Shown here: positions 55,416 through 63,709 of the stretch, one piece after another | Layout: every line of letters begins with the position of its first letter | Position numbering within the stretch: the stretch's first letter is position 1 | Notes under the pieces: generated by a model | The model's input: only the letters and a program-made list of their open reading frames with translations | Database searches by the model: none | What the model was told of the DNA's origin: nothing | Virus record (IMG/VR): IMGVR_UViG_3300011116_001007 | DNA length: 64,000 nt | Origin: a virus | Taxonomy: Duplodnaviria; Caudoviricetes | Strand: one strand, 5' to 3' | Made by a program: the position numbers and the translations under genes

Positions 55416-55537
55416 AGTGTATTATATATGCCTATTGACAAAAAAGCAATTGTTTTCGGCAATTTTCATCAGATAATTATTTCTTCGTAATCTTCCCGAC
55501 CACAACCGCATTCTGGGCAAGTGAATGTGTCACGACG

Positions 55538-55729
55538 TTAGGCCATTTTATCAATGTTTTGCCCTGGACGATTCATGCGACGATTGATTTCGATGCGATG
55601 GGCTTCTTCGACCTGGTGTTGAAATTTTGCTCGAGCAGCTTCTTGTACTTTTTCCTGATGCTGTTGGTCCACGTGTTTTACGTCTTGAAGCCTGTGCAGT
55701 TGATTGTTGTATGCTGTGTCAATTTTCAT
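55538..55729 (-). CDS. Small hypothetical protein
   Basis: 63 aa; TAAATA 5 nt upstream of ATG. Confidence 0.6.
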   Translation of the reverse strand: MKIDTAYNNQLHRLQDVKHVDQQHQEKVQEAARAKFQHQVEEAHRIEINRRMNRPGQNIDKMA

Positions 55730-55740
55730 ACTGTTATTTA

Positions 55741-55986
55741 CTAATCCATTGGAACCAGTTTTTTTATATCTTTGTGACGGACCACTATGATGCGGTGAAT
55801 CTTTTGTTCAAATTGAATTGGCAAATCTAAATGTATTGAGATTCGTGGGCCAGTGTTGTCAATCACAGTGTCGTTGCCCACACTGCCCACAAATGGTATT
55901 TTGTTCCAGTGGCCAAACACACGATCGCCGATCCAGTACTTGGGTCGATAGCCAATGCTGTCAAAGTATTCAGTTTGCTTGCCCAT
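55741..55986 (-). CDS. Hypothetical protein
   Basis: Start MGKQTEY; PKYWIGDRVFG. Confidence 0.55.
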   Translation of the reverse strand: MGKQTEYFDSIGYRPKYWIGDRVFGHWNKIPFVGSVGNDTVIDNTGPRISIHLDLPIQFEQKIHRIIVVRHKDIKKLVPMD

Positions 55987-56393
55987 TATTTTGTTCTTTC
56001 GGCAATGTTTTTGTAGCCTGCCCAACTGGGATGAATACCATCAGGTTGTAATCTGTTGATTTCTAAAACAGTATCTCCAAACCCAGCAGCAACTTCCCGT
56101 ATACGGGCTTGTATATCAGGGTTGATAGCCGGCAATATCCAAAATACTCGTTTGGCTCTTACTGCCAATCGTATTCTTGATATTTCTTCTAGAGTTTTTA
56201 CGCCCCGATGATCATTGGATCCCAAGCTGATTATCACTGTTTCGGCCACAAGATTGTTACCTTGATCTTGTTCTAGATATTCTTTGCGCCACTGCCAGCT
56301 GTTGATACCTCCACGAGCATGGGCCACGCATTCGGGTCTGAACTGATGTGTACCTACAGCAATGCTGTCGCCTAAAATCATACAGTCAATCAT
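55986..56393 (-). CDS. SGNH/GDSL hydrolase
   Basis: ILGDSIAVG, G, LGSND, DGIHP - all four SGNH blocks. Confidence 0.8.
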   Translation of the reverse strand: MIDCMILGDSIAVGTHQFRPECVAHARGGINSWQWRKEYLEQDQGNNLVAETVIISLGSNDHRGVKTLEEISRIRLAVRAKRVFWILPAINPDIQARIREVAAGFGDTVLEINRLQPDGIHPSWAGYKNIAERTK

Positions 56394-56424
56394 GTTGAGT
56401 TGTCCTTTAATACTTATTATAAAC

Positions 56425-56449
56425 AAAAAAGGTTGCCTAAGCAACCTTT
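56425..56449 (-). terminator. Intrinsic terminator
   Basis: AAAGGTTGC-ttag-GCAACCTTTTTT. Confidence 0.65.
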
Positions 56450-56635
56450 CTGGTCAAGACCTGCAATGCCTTGGCTCGGGCCACAGCCAGTCTAACTAAC
56501 ACATGGTCAGACAATTCATCTTGATCGTGGTCATGACATTGATCATTGCATGGTATTAGACTGGGACGACGATATGCCACATGAAGATCAATATCGTTAT
56601 ATCCATCATCGTCGCTGTCGTCTATTTCGTCTGGA

Positions 56636-56866
56636 TTACTTCTTTGCAGGCTCAGCTGTTTTTGTTTCGACCTTGGCAGCAGGTGCTTCACTTTTGACAG
56701 GCGTTGCCTTGGCTTCTACCTTGCAAGTCTTGTCTTTAGCAGGATCACATTTTGCAGCAGCAGCAGGTGCAGCGGCACTGGCAGCAGGTGCGGCAGTCTT
56801 GGCAGGCTCGGTGGCAAAAGCAGCAGTTGCTACCAAAGTAGCGATAACAGTAGCGATGGTTTTCAT
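56636..56866 (-). CDS. Secreted Ala/Lys/Pro-rich small protein
   Basis: Signal peptide MKTIATVIATLVATAAFA, AxA cleavage site, Cys pair. Confidence 0.7.
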   Translation of the reverse strand: MKTIATVIATLVATAAFATEPAKTAAPAASAAAPAAAAKCDPAKDKTCKVEAKATPVKSEAPAAKVETKTAEPAKK

Positions 56867-57124
56867 TTAGAGTTCCTTTAGGTTAATGAAATTTATGCCG
56901 GACATTGTCAGTTCGACGACATGGTGTACTGCGCCTCTCATCACAATTGGATTGTCTCCAATCATAACTGGTGGGAAAATACTGTTCCTGAAACGGTTCG
57001 GTTTTATCCGCTTTTGTTTCATAGTCATCAAGTTGTTTTTTGTCTTGCATACATATATAACGCGGTAGCCCAGCATCACGTTGACACAAGCCAAAAAGAA
57101 ACCCGCCAAAGCGGGTTCTGAATT

Positions 57125-57410
57125 TCTGTTACGAGGTATGTCTTACCCTAAGCGGCGTTTAGGCTGCTAATGCGAACAGTTCGTCGTTTGCGTTTATAGA
57201 TTTTCTTCTTTTTACAAGGTTGCTCTTGTGCTGTCCACTCTGTTACTCTTTACTCTGTCGAAACCAGGGCAGGCCCATCAAAAGAACTATCGACTAACAT
57301 TCCCCCACATACTGCATTTCTGGTGTGGCTAATGCAAAAGTTCTTTTGGTGGACCTGGCGGGAGTCGAACCCGCGTCCAGAACACTTTTCTCTTTGCTTC
57401 ATACAGCAAT
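57125..57410 (-). ncRNA. ssrA: Circularly permuted (two-piece) tmRNA; tag ANDELFALAA at 57159-57191
   Basis: Acceptor piece GCGGG-TTCGACT-CCCGC-CAGGTCC-ACCA (ends 57347) lies upstream of the coding piece starting GGGCCTG...TTCGAC (57276); terminator 57094-57120. Confidence 0.88.
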
Positions 57411-57419
57411 AACTTTTAT

Positions 57420-57725
57420 TTATCGTTGATAGCAATTACGCTCACGGTAAATCTGACCATCCGGCATCTGAATTTCTCTCCACGCTGTGCAAATGGTCTG
57501 GGGTTGTGGTACAATCACTTGCTCACGTTGAACCACAACTGGTTGTGGCTGGTTAGCATTGGCAATTACTGCTCCAGCAATACCACCAATGATCAATGGG
57601 CCAATCCAGTCATTTCTTTGTTCAACAATAACAGGTCGGTTGTCCCAATGTCGATGATCATGACGCCATTGTGCTTGGGCTGCGGTTGCTGCTAGTAATG
57701 CAATTACCAATAATACTTTTTTCAT
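57420..57725 (-). CDS. Secreted/membrane small protein
   Basis: Signal peptide, GGIAGAVIA helix; AGGAG SD. Confidence 0.7.
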   Translation of the reverse strand: MKKVLLVIALLAATAAQAQWRHDHRHWDNRPVIVEQRNDWIGPLIIGGIAGAVIANANQPQPVVVQREQVIVPQPQTICTAWREIQMPDGQIYRERNCYQR

Positions 57726-57775
57726 AACTTATCTCCTATACATATATAACGCACAAGATATGCATTTAGTTGACA

Positions 57776-57967
57776 TCATTGGATAACCAAGTGCCCTGTG
57801 GCATACATAATGGCCATCACCGGCCCTGCGATGTGTTCACCAATTTCATACAACGCCCACACAGTTAGTGCCACTGCCCACCAAGGATTCGATTCTGCTT
57901 TCTTGCCCAACCACATGAAGAAACGTCCATGTGCTTGACCAATTTTGTTTGCTAGTCGTACTATCAT
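57776..57967 (-). CDS. Small membrane protein
   Basis: 63 aa, hydrophobic. Confidence 0.55.
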   Translation of the reverse strand: MIVRLANKIGQAHGRFFMWLGKKAESNPWWAVALTVWALYEIGEHIAGPVMAIMYATGHLVIQ

Positions 57968-57972
57968 CGCAA

Positions 57973-58068
57973 TTACTTGCTGCGCTTACGCACATAGGCC
58001 TTAGCAGCTCGTTTGGCCATGGTTTTCAAGCTCTTGGGTCGCGGGGTTGTTGTTTTACGTGTTGCCAT
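57973..58068 (-). CDS. 31-aa highly basic peptide MATRKTTTPRPKSLKTMAKRAAKAYVRKRSK, not in ORF track
   Basis: AAGAGG SD, TAAATA upstream. Confidence 0.55.
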   Translation of the reverse strand: MATRKTTTPRPKSLKTMAKRAAKAYVRKRSK

Positions 58069-58091
58069 AGTGTTACCTCTTAAAAAAATAT

Positions 58092-58481
58092 TTAGCTAAC
58101 TTCTTCATCGTATGGTTGCACCATCCAGCCGATGGCAAACAGATCCTGCCGTATTTCGTCAGTGACCACGCTTTCGCCCACATAGCCTTTGGTTCCGTCA
58201 GCATCACCATTGCCCAGTCCATCTCCTATGCCTGAGCAGTACCAGTCCATGTAATCGCCTTCATTTCGCAAGCGGGAGATCAAGCCGCCGGCACTGCGCC
58301 ATGAGCATGACCAGTATTCATTTTTCAGCAAGGACCATACTTCGTTTTTTTGAAACACATTGTTGCACATGGCTGCATAAAGATTCTGTGCGTAGTTCTC
58401 ACTGTCTCGCACTTTTTGCAACATCCAGGTACATGTTTGAATGTCCTGCTCTAGGTCATAGTCAACTGTGTTTTTTTTCAT
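58092..58481 (-). CDS. Hypothetical protein (NLYAAMCNN...WSCSWR...DWYCSG)
   Basis: Start MKKNTV at 58481; the longer ORF call overlaps a tRNA. Confidence 0.7.
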   Translation of the reverse strand: MKKNTVDYDLEQDIQTCTWMLQKVRDSENYAQNLYAAMCNNVFQKNEVWSLLKNEYWSCSWRSAGGLISRLRNEGDYMDWYCSGIGDGLGNGDADGTKGYVGESVVTDEIRQDLFAIGWMVQPYDEEVS

Positions 58482-58486
58482 AAATC

Positions 58487-58561
58487 TGGTCCGGCGTAAC
58501 AGAATCGAACTGCTATTTAGGGAGTAGAAATCCCCTGTATTATCCATTATACGAACGCCAG
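58487..58561 (-). tRNA. tRNA-Arg(TCT)
   Basis: gggga-ttTCTac-tccct, CCA. Confidence 0.88.
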
Positions 58562-58566
58562 TTGTT

Positions 58567-58643
58567 TGGTGGGACCTGAGTGATTCGAACACTCCACCCA
58601 GCGATTATGAGTCGCTTGCTCTAACCTAATGAGCTAAGGTCCC
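58567..58643 (-). tRNA. tRNA with CAT anticodon (Ile2-like or Met)
   Basis: agcga-ctCATaa-tcgct, GGGACCT/AGGTCCC, CCA. Confidence 0.9.
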
Positions 58644-58695
58644 TAAGCTATAGTATAGCAGGAAAACTATTTATGGTCAATTGATTTTTAGCTCT

Positions 58696-59073
58696 TTATG
58701 TAGTCTTTAGGTATTTCAAAAACCGTTTCAAATCACCGTACAATGCATACATGGTAGCTTCCTGGCTGCCATACATTATTATTTGAGGTTGTTTTTTAGA
58801 CAGCATTTTTTTGCCCATTATGATAAAATATGGACAAGTGAGTTTGTTGTTCAACAATATCAACTGTCCCGGCCCTATTTCAAAATCAGTGTCAAATGAC
58901 CAAGATTCTATTTCCAGTTGGATCATGATTGCGTGTCCTTCCCAACTCAATCGTAACCCACTGTCTTCTCGAATATCTTGCCACCATTCTTTCAAGGCCC
59001 CATCTTCGGTTGGCCGGTCATCATCGGGCAGTTGTCGCAGCAGTTGCCGAGTGTAGTAAAGTTTATTTGACAT
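58696..59073 (-). CDS. Hypothetical protein
   Basis: 125-aa coupled ORF. Confidence 0.6.
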   Translation of the reverse strand: MSNKLYYTRQLLRQLPDDDRPTEDGALKEWWQDIREDSGLRLSWEGHAIMIQLEIESWSFDTDFEIGPGQLILLNNKLTCPYFIIMGKKMLSKKQPQIIMYGSQEATMYALYGDLKRFLKYLKTT

Positions 59074-59359
59074 CGGGGTATACTTGTGACCCCTGAGTTA
59101 GCAAGACCACCGTGAACTTGTCAGTTTTAAATTGAGTGTTCAGCTTGCGGGACAAATTTTTAGCATGTCCTGGGTTGCTAAAACTTACCTTTTTGTACTT
59201 GGGCCCAGGGTACTGTGTGAGCATGTGACTGGTTTTGAGATTGATGGGTTTGGCATCATAAAACACTGCCCACACTCCTTCACTTGCTAAAACTTGTTCT
59301 GTTTTGTAAGTTACTTTGTTGGTGTGTTCAATCAACACCTGTGGACGTGGCCTGCTCAT
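59063..59359 (-). CDS. Hypothetical protein
   Basis: Start MSRPRP; TAAATA 5 nt upstream. Confidence 0.65.
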   Translation of the reverse strand: MSRPRPQVLIEHTNKVTYKTEQVLASEGVWAVFYDAKPINLKTSHMLTQYPGPKYKKVSFSNPGHAKNLSRKLNTQFKTDKFTVVLLTQGSQVYPDVK

Positions 59360-59379
59360 AGCATTATTTATCACATAAT

Positions 59380-59592
59380 CTATGTAGATTTAAAACTTCC
59401 ACCATCAAGTTCTATCGAAACAGCTTCGTTTTTGCCAGCAGCAGGAGATCGCATGGCGTCCAAAGTCAGCAGCAGTTTGGTTATGTCTGCATGCAGATCT
59501 TTGGCATCTCTCATGGTCATAGTGAAATCACGTTGATTGCGTGATTCGTGTGCTTTGATACTGTCTACAAAACGATTTATGTGCAAGCTCAT
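59380..59592 (-). CDS. Small hypothetical protein
   Basis: 70-aa coupled ORF. Confidence 0.6.
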   Translation of the reverse strand: MSLHINRFVDSIKAHESRNQRDFTMTMRDAKDLHADITKLLLTLDAMRSPAAGKNEAVSIELDGGSFKST

Positions 59593-59593
59593 A

Positions 59594-59956
59594 CTAGTTC
59601 TTTCTCAAAAATTGTTCTAGTTCGGGTGGTTTCCAACCGTCAGGCTTGAGCACTTTGCCATCTTCACGTTTGCGTACTTTGCCGGAGTCATGATCAATTT
59701 TGGCAAAGTTACTACGCATGACTTCGATCCAGGCGCGCTCGCCATCAGCACCCATGCTGTGTATGGCACCAATTGTGACAACCAGGATGTCAATCAAGGC
59801 ATCCAGTGTGTCTACATCAGTGTCAGCATCTTGTAGTTCTTCAAACTCTTCTGCAATCAACTCGATGTACATGTCAAATTGTGCTTGATCTCCTGTGACA
59901 CTTTGGTCGCAGGCCAGCATGAATTTTTCTTGGTCTTTAAATACATTGGTAGTCAT
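59594..59956 (-). CDS. MazG-like/PRA-PH-type NTP pyrophosphohydrolase
   Basis: LIAEEFEEL, DALIDILVV, EVMRSN..K, REDGKVLKP. Confidence 0.8.
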   Translation of the reverse strand: MTTNVFKDQEKFMLACDQSVTGDQAQFDMYIELIAEEFEELQDADTDVDTLDALIDILVVTIGAIHSMGADGERAWIEVMRSNFAKIDHDSGKVRKREDGKVLKPDGWKPPELEQFLRKN

Positions 59957-60396
59957 GGTGTTCCTTTGGCAACAGCTTCTTCTTTGTTGTGATACGGGCC
60001 TTGATAGCTGTATCGTTGTAGTGTGATCAGTTTGGGATTTTGTACCATCTTCCAGGCTCGATGTTTTTTGACATAGTACCATCCGGCAGCAAACCAACTC
60101 TTGCTGTTTTCTTCTTGTGTGAACAACGGCAGTCGATGTTGTATGTCCCACATGGCATTGAATACTTTTTGTCCAGTATCGTATCCGTACACTTGATTTT
60201 CAGGATTGGGTCGGATTTCAACAGCCGGTACAAACTCAATGTCTCGATCCATCATCTTGATGGTCTTGTATTTTTTTACTGTGTTGCTGATTTTAACAGT
60301 ATAACCATCGTCCTGTGCTTCAATTTGCCCAACCTTGAGATTGTCTTTTTTAAGTATCCAATAGCGGTCAGCTATTACTGGCATTGCTAATATCAT
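59953..60396 (-). CDS. Hypothetical protein
   Basis: 147-aa coupled ORF. Confidence 0.6.
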   Translation of the reverse strand: MILAMPVIADRYWILKKDNLKVGQIEAQDDGYTVKISNTVKKYKTIKMMDRDIEFVPAVEIRPNPENQVYGYDTGQKVFNAMWDIQHRLPLFTQEENSKSWFAAGWYYVKKHRAWKMVQNPKLITLQRYSYQGPYHNKEEAVAKGTP

Positions 60397-61390
60397 CTAG
60401 TTCTCCTGTGTATGTTTTGTTCAACCAGCGACCAATACTGTCTGCAGATTCGCTGAGTTTGACCAAATCGTATTTGCCGCAAAATCGCAAGAAGTGTGTG
60501 CCCACTTGGCCTACATCCTTGTGACTGATCTGTTCACGGATGGCTGTGTCTACCAACAGTTTGATCTCATCAGGTTGAGCAGTAAGATCGATCAAGGTGC
60601 GATTGCGTTCGTAATCGTCTAGCACACGATGTTCAGCACCTTCGTGGTCGGTCCAACGTTGGAGCATGAGATTGTTCCAAGAATATCCGCGTTTGTCTCG
60701 ATCAGCAAACGCTTCACGGAGACCAACTTTGTTCTTTGTGCCTTTTTCACGAACTCCTGGATATGCACTAAACACATTGTCTGAGCTGTCGCCACGCATG
60801 CACTTCTCAAACAGCAGCCAGGCTGGATCAGGGATGGTCTTTGGCTGTTTGGTTTTTTTATCTTTGACAGCATTGCCCTTGGCATCAAATATGCCTTCTA
60901 GTGTGATCAGTTCGTCTGTGATGCCATTGAACTGCTGGACATTGGGCGCGATCAGTTGCACAAAATCAGTGTCCGAACTGACCACTATGTGTTCGTCCTG
61001 AGGGTGCAAGGCAATCCATCGCGCAATCACATCATCTGCTTCGGCCTGGGCATGACGTATTACACTGCAATTGGTCTTGTTGCCGAGGTATTGTGTCAGC
61101 TCATCGTAGGTTTCCCAAAACAGCTTGTCTTCCTCAGCTTCGATCTCGGTCATTTTGCCACGTGCCACAGCACGATTGGCCTTGTATGGCTTGTAATGGT
61201 CTTTGCGCCAGCTGCGACCTTCTAGTGCAAATACCACATGATCAGCATCAAATCTGCGAGCCACTTTGTTTACTGCCATCAGTGTCACATGCAATGCAAA
61301 CCCCAGTTTGGTCCACGAGTCTGATGCACGGTGAGCACTGTGCCGTGCTCGGAAAAACATGTTGGCTGTGTCAATCAGTAGGTATTTCAT
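60368..61390 (-). CDS. 5'-3' exonuclease/flap endonuclease (T4 RNase H-like)
   Basis: LLIDTAN, SWRK..Y..YKANR, EADDVIA, SSDTDF.QL, GDSSDN. Confidence 0.9.
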   Translation of the reverse strand: MKYLLIDTANMFFRARHSAHRASDSWTKLGFALHVTLMAVNKVARRFDADHVVFALEGRSWRKDHYKPYKANRAVARGKMTEIEAEEDKLFWETYDELTQYLGNKTNCSVIRHAQAEADDVIARWIALHPQDEHIVVSSDTDFVQLIAPNVQQFNGITDELITLEGIFDAKGNAVKDKKTKQPKTIPDPAWLLFEKCMRGDSSDNVFSAYPGVREKGTKNKVGLREAFADRDKRGYSWNNLMLQRWTDHEGAEHRVLDDYERNRTLIDLTAQPDEIKLLVDTAIREQISHKDVGQVGTHFLRFCGKYDLVKLSESADSIGRWLNKTYTGELDDISNASNS

Positions 61391-62102
61391 CAAGGTCCAA
61401 TAGTTGGTGCTGTTTGATGTATTGTAACAGATATTTGCCCCAAAAGCAATGGGCTTGTTTGCCAAAATGATAAGATTTTGGATTTACATAGTCAAATCCG
61501 TTGTTTTTGAGCACATGATCGTAGCTTGATTGGGCATTGTATGGATCTAAATAACAGTGGTTCCAAACTTTGGGGTCTTGAGCCAAATCACTGAATGTGC
61601 TGTTGCCATTGAAGAACAGATGCTTTACACCTTTTCTGGAGAGATACTGATGCAATTTCCATGCCATGTCGTGACTGGCTCTGGTGCAGGCACCATAGTC
61701 TATGTCAATGATATATTGACGATATCGCTGTTCCAGTTCAGCTGGCACATGATCCACACCTGATGCATTCACTTGATACCATGTGCCATCATGAAACCAT
61801 TCTTGTCTTTCCCAGGTGCTCCATTGTATCAGCATGAATGTATCTGCCAACAGGTCAGGATTGGATTGCACCCATTCAACAGTTGTTCGGTAAATTCGAG
61901 CATTACTACCGCCAGATTGGCTTTGATTGATTCGTTCGCAGCCCAGCAATCGAGCCAGTTCGGCACCAAAACTTACCGCTTCGTTGTCAGGATGTGGATG
62001 CTTTCCTTGTCCCCAGAAGCGACCGTCATCCTCAGCCCAGCCATACGATACTTCAGCTTCGGCGCCAGCTGCGTGGCTGTCGCCATTGATGTACAATATC
62101 AT
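61371..62102 (-). CDS. SGNH-like protein
   Basis: INGDSHA, NQSQSGGSN, C-terminal HF. Confidence 0.55.
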   Translation of the reverse strand: MILYINGDSHAAGAEAEVSYGWAEDDGRFWGQGKHPHPDNEAVSFGAELARLLGCERINQSQSGGSNARIYRTTVEWVQSNPDLLADTFMLIQWSTWERQEWFHDGTWYQVNASGVDHVPAELEQRYRQYIIDIDYGACTRASHDMAWKLHQYLSRKGVKHLFFNGNSTFSDLAQDPKVWNHCYLDPYNAQSSYDHVLKNNGFDYVNPKSYHFGKQAHCFWGKYLLQYIKQHQLLDLDEIPTD

Positions 62103-62575
62103 TTTTGTGACAACACTTTGTGACTCTCGGCCGCCGCCACACGTCGACGCAGGCTTGAACTAGAGAATGAATGATCACGACCATTAAATACCAGTTCAAT
62201 GCCTCTTCGGGAACCTTCATCTCGACCAGTGAAATCTTTGTCACAATATTCCACACCCAAGATACGTACATCCACAGGCAGGATCAACAACAGGTCAATA
62301 AGATCTTGTTCAGTTTGATACACCACAACTTCGTCTACATAACGACATGCAGCCAATTGTATTTGTCGTTCCACCACGCTCTGTACAGGATGATTTTTGG
62401 TATCCGGGCGATCTATAGTAGGATCAGTCTGCAAGCCTGCAATCAAGTAGTCACAATGATTTTTAGCTTCACTCAGCATGGCAATATGCCCGGCATGCAG
62501 CATGTCAAAAGTTGAGAACGTGATGCCTATGCGCTTGCCTTCAGACTTGAGTTGTTTAATGTGATTGAATATCAT
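62099..62575 (-). CDS. Cytidylyltransferase, HxGH family (TagD/RfaE-like)
   Basis: FSTFDMLHAGH, QTDP, ER, YVDEV, SSSSLR. Confidence 0.85.
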   Translation of the reverse strand: MIFNHIKQLKSEGKRIGITFSTFDMLHAGHIAMLSEAKNHCDYLIAGLQTDPTIDRPDTKNHPVQSVVERQIQLAACRYVDEVVVYQTEQDLIDLLLILPVDVRILGVEYCDKDFTGRDEGSRRGIELVFNGRDHSFSSSSLRRRVAAAESHKVLSQK

Positions 62576-62823
62576 TCTTTGTATATTGGGTTGGGAAATT
62601 CTAGTTCAAAGATGTGATAAGAATTGTATGCACTATCGGTGTCTCTAAGAATCTCTAATGTACGGCTGTACTCAGCTTCTTGCAGTGTCGTATACATACC
62701 TGTGCCAACAGCAGTAGTACCAGTGTTGGTGCCAACAGATAAAATATACAAACTTTTATTGGTTGACATTTTCAACAGTTGGTAGATCTTTATGGTCTTT
62801 GGAGGCGCTAGTCCTTGCATCAA
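62572..62823 (-). CDS. Hypothetical protein
   Basis: 83-aa coupled ORF. Confidence 0.5.
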   Translation of the reverse strand: MMQGLAPPKTIKIYQLLKMSTNKSLYILSVGTNTGTTAVGTGMYTTLQEAEYSRTLEILRDTDSAYNSYHIFELEFPNPIYKE

Positions 62824-63230
62824 CTTATCTCGCTGCGGCCATCGCCGATGTTTCTTGACTGTACATACACTCCAGAATTCTTGATAGCTTGTTCTTGTTC
62901 CCAGGTCTCCATGACCACATGTCTACATACATTTTGGAACCAACGGTCCACTATGTCAGAATCGGCATCATCTTTTTTGATCATGTAACCTGCCTTGACC
63001 AATCGCGCCACAAAGATCTCATTCCAGTCTAGTTCGAACGCACCTTGATGCAGGTTGTTGGGATCCACATCCATACGCAACACAGCCACATACGGCTCGT
63101 TGGCTTCGGTAGCCAGTTGTTTAGCAGACTTGGGTTCTTCCCTGGGCGCTCGAACTTTAGGTGCAGCTGGTGCTACTTTTGGCTCAGGTGCCAGTGTTGC
63201 TTTTTTTCGAAAAATATCAAGTAATCCCAT
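62820..63230 (-). CDS. Hypothetical protein
   Basis: 136-aa ORF, GAGG SD. Confidence 0.65.
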   Translation of the reverse strand: MGLLDIFRKKATLAPEPKVAPAAPKVRAPREEPKSAKQLATEANEPYVAVLRMDVDPNNLHQGAFELDWNEIFVARLVKAGYMIKKDDADSDIVDRWFQNVCRHVVMETWEQEQAIKNSGVYVQSRNIGDGRSEIS

Positions 63231-63231
63231 A

Positions 63232-63705
63232 TCAATCCTCTTTTATTTCCATCCAAGTATGGTCGCCCATGTATTTTACCTGTGCCACATACTCATAATC
63301 TTCTGGCGCGGCGCTACTCCAACCATTTGGCCCAGTAGGCACCAGCAACATTTTTTCTCGCCTTTTCTCCCACACCAACCAATAACATCTACCCATTACC
63401 AGTTTGAATTGGAACTCTGCACCGTGTACCGCATCTGTTATCTCTAATCTGCGTTTGATCTGCTGGGCTTGATCTTCTAGCACATGTACCAAAGCCATTA
63501 TGCGATCATACTCTTGCTGGGCATACATCCTGGCATGATTGATCATGAGATCCTTCTGCTCAGTGACAGGGATCAAATCAAACTTGGGACCACTGCTTTC
63601 AGTAGCATAAGGAGTCACATTCCTGTTTAAGAATGGAACAAGTGCTCCTGTACTGGTGCTATCGTAGCTGTTGCGTCCTTTGATTAGATTTGATTTGTCA
63701 GTCAC
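63232..63705 (-). CDS. Hypothetical protein (DUF2452-like)
   Basis: GTG start at 63705 avoids the overlap with QueE; AEFQFKLVMG..Y. Confidence 0.6.
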   Translation of the reverse strand: MTDKSNLIKGRNSYDSTSTGALVPFLNRNVTPYATESSGPKFDLIPVTEQKDLMINHARMYAQQEYDRIMALVHVLEDQAQQIKRRLEITDAVHGAEFQFKLVMGRCYWLVWEKRREKMLLVPTGPNGWSSAAPEDYEYVAQVKYMGDHTWMEIKED

Positions 63706-63709
63706 TCTG

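Noticed and set aside
56437-56870. ORFs 56437..56691 (-) and 56550..56870 (+)
   Set aside because: They overlap the better-supported secreted-protein gene 56636..56866; a shorter real ORF in 56437-56600 cannot be excluded
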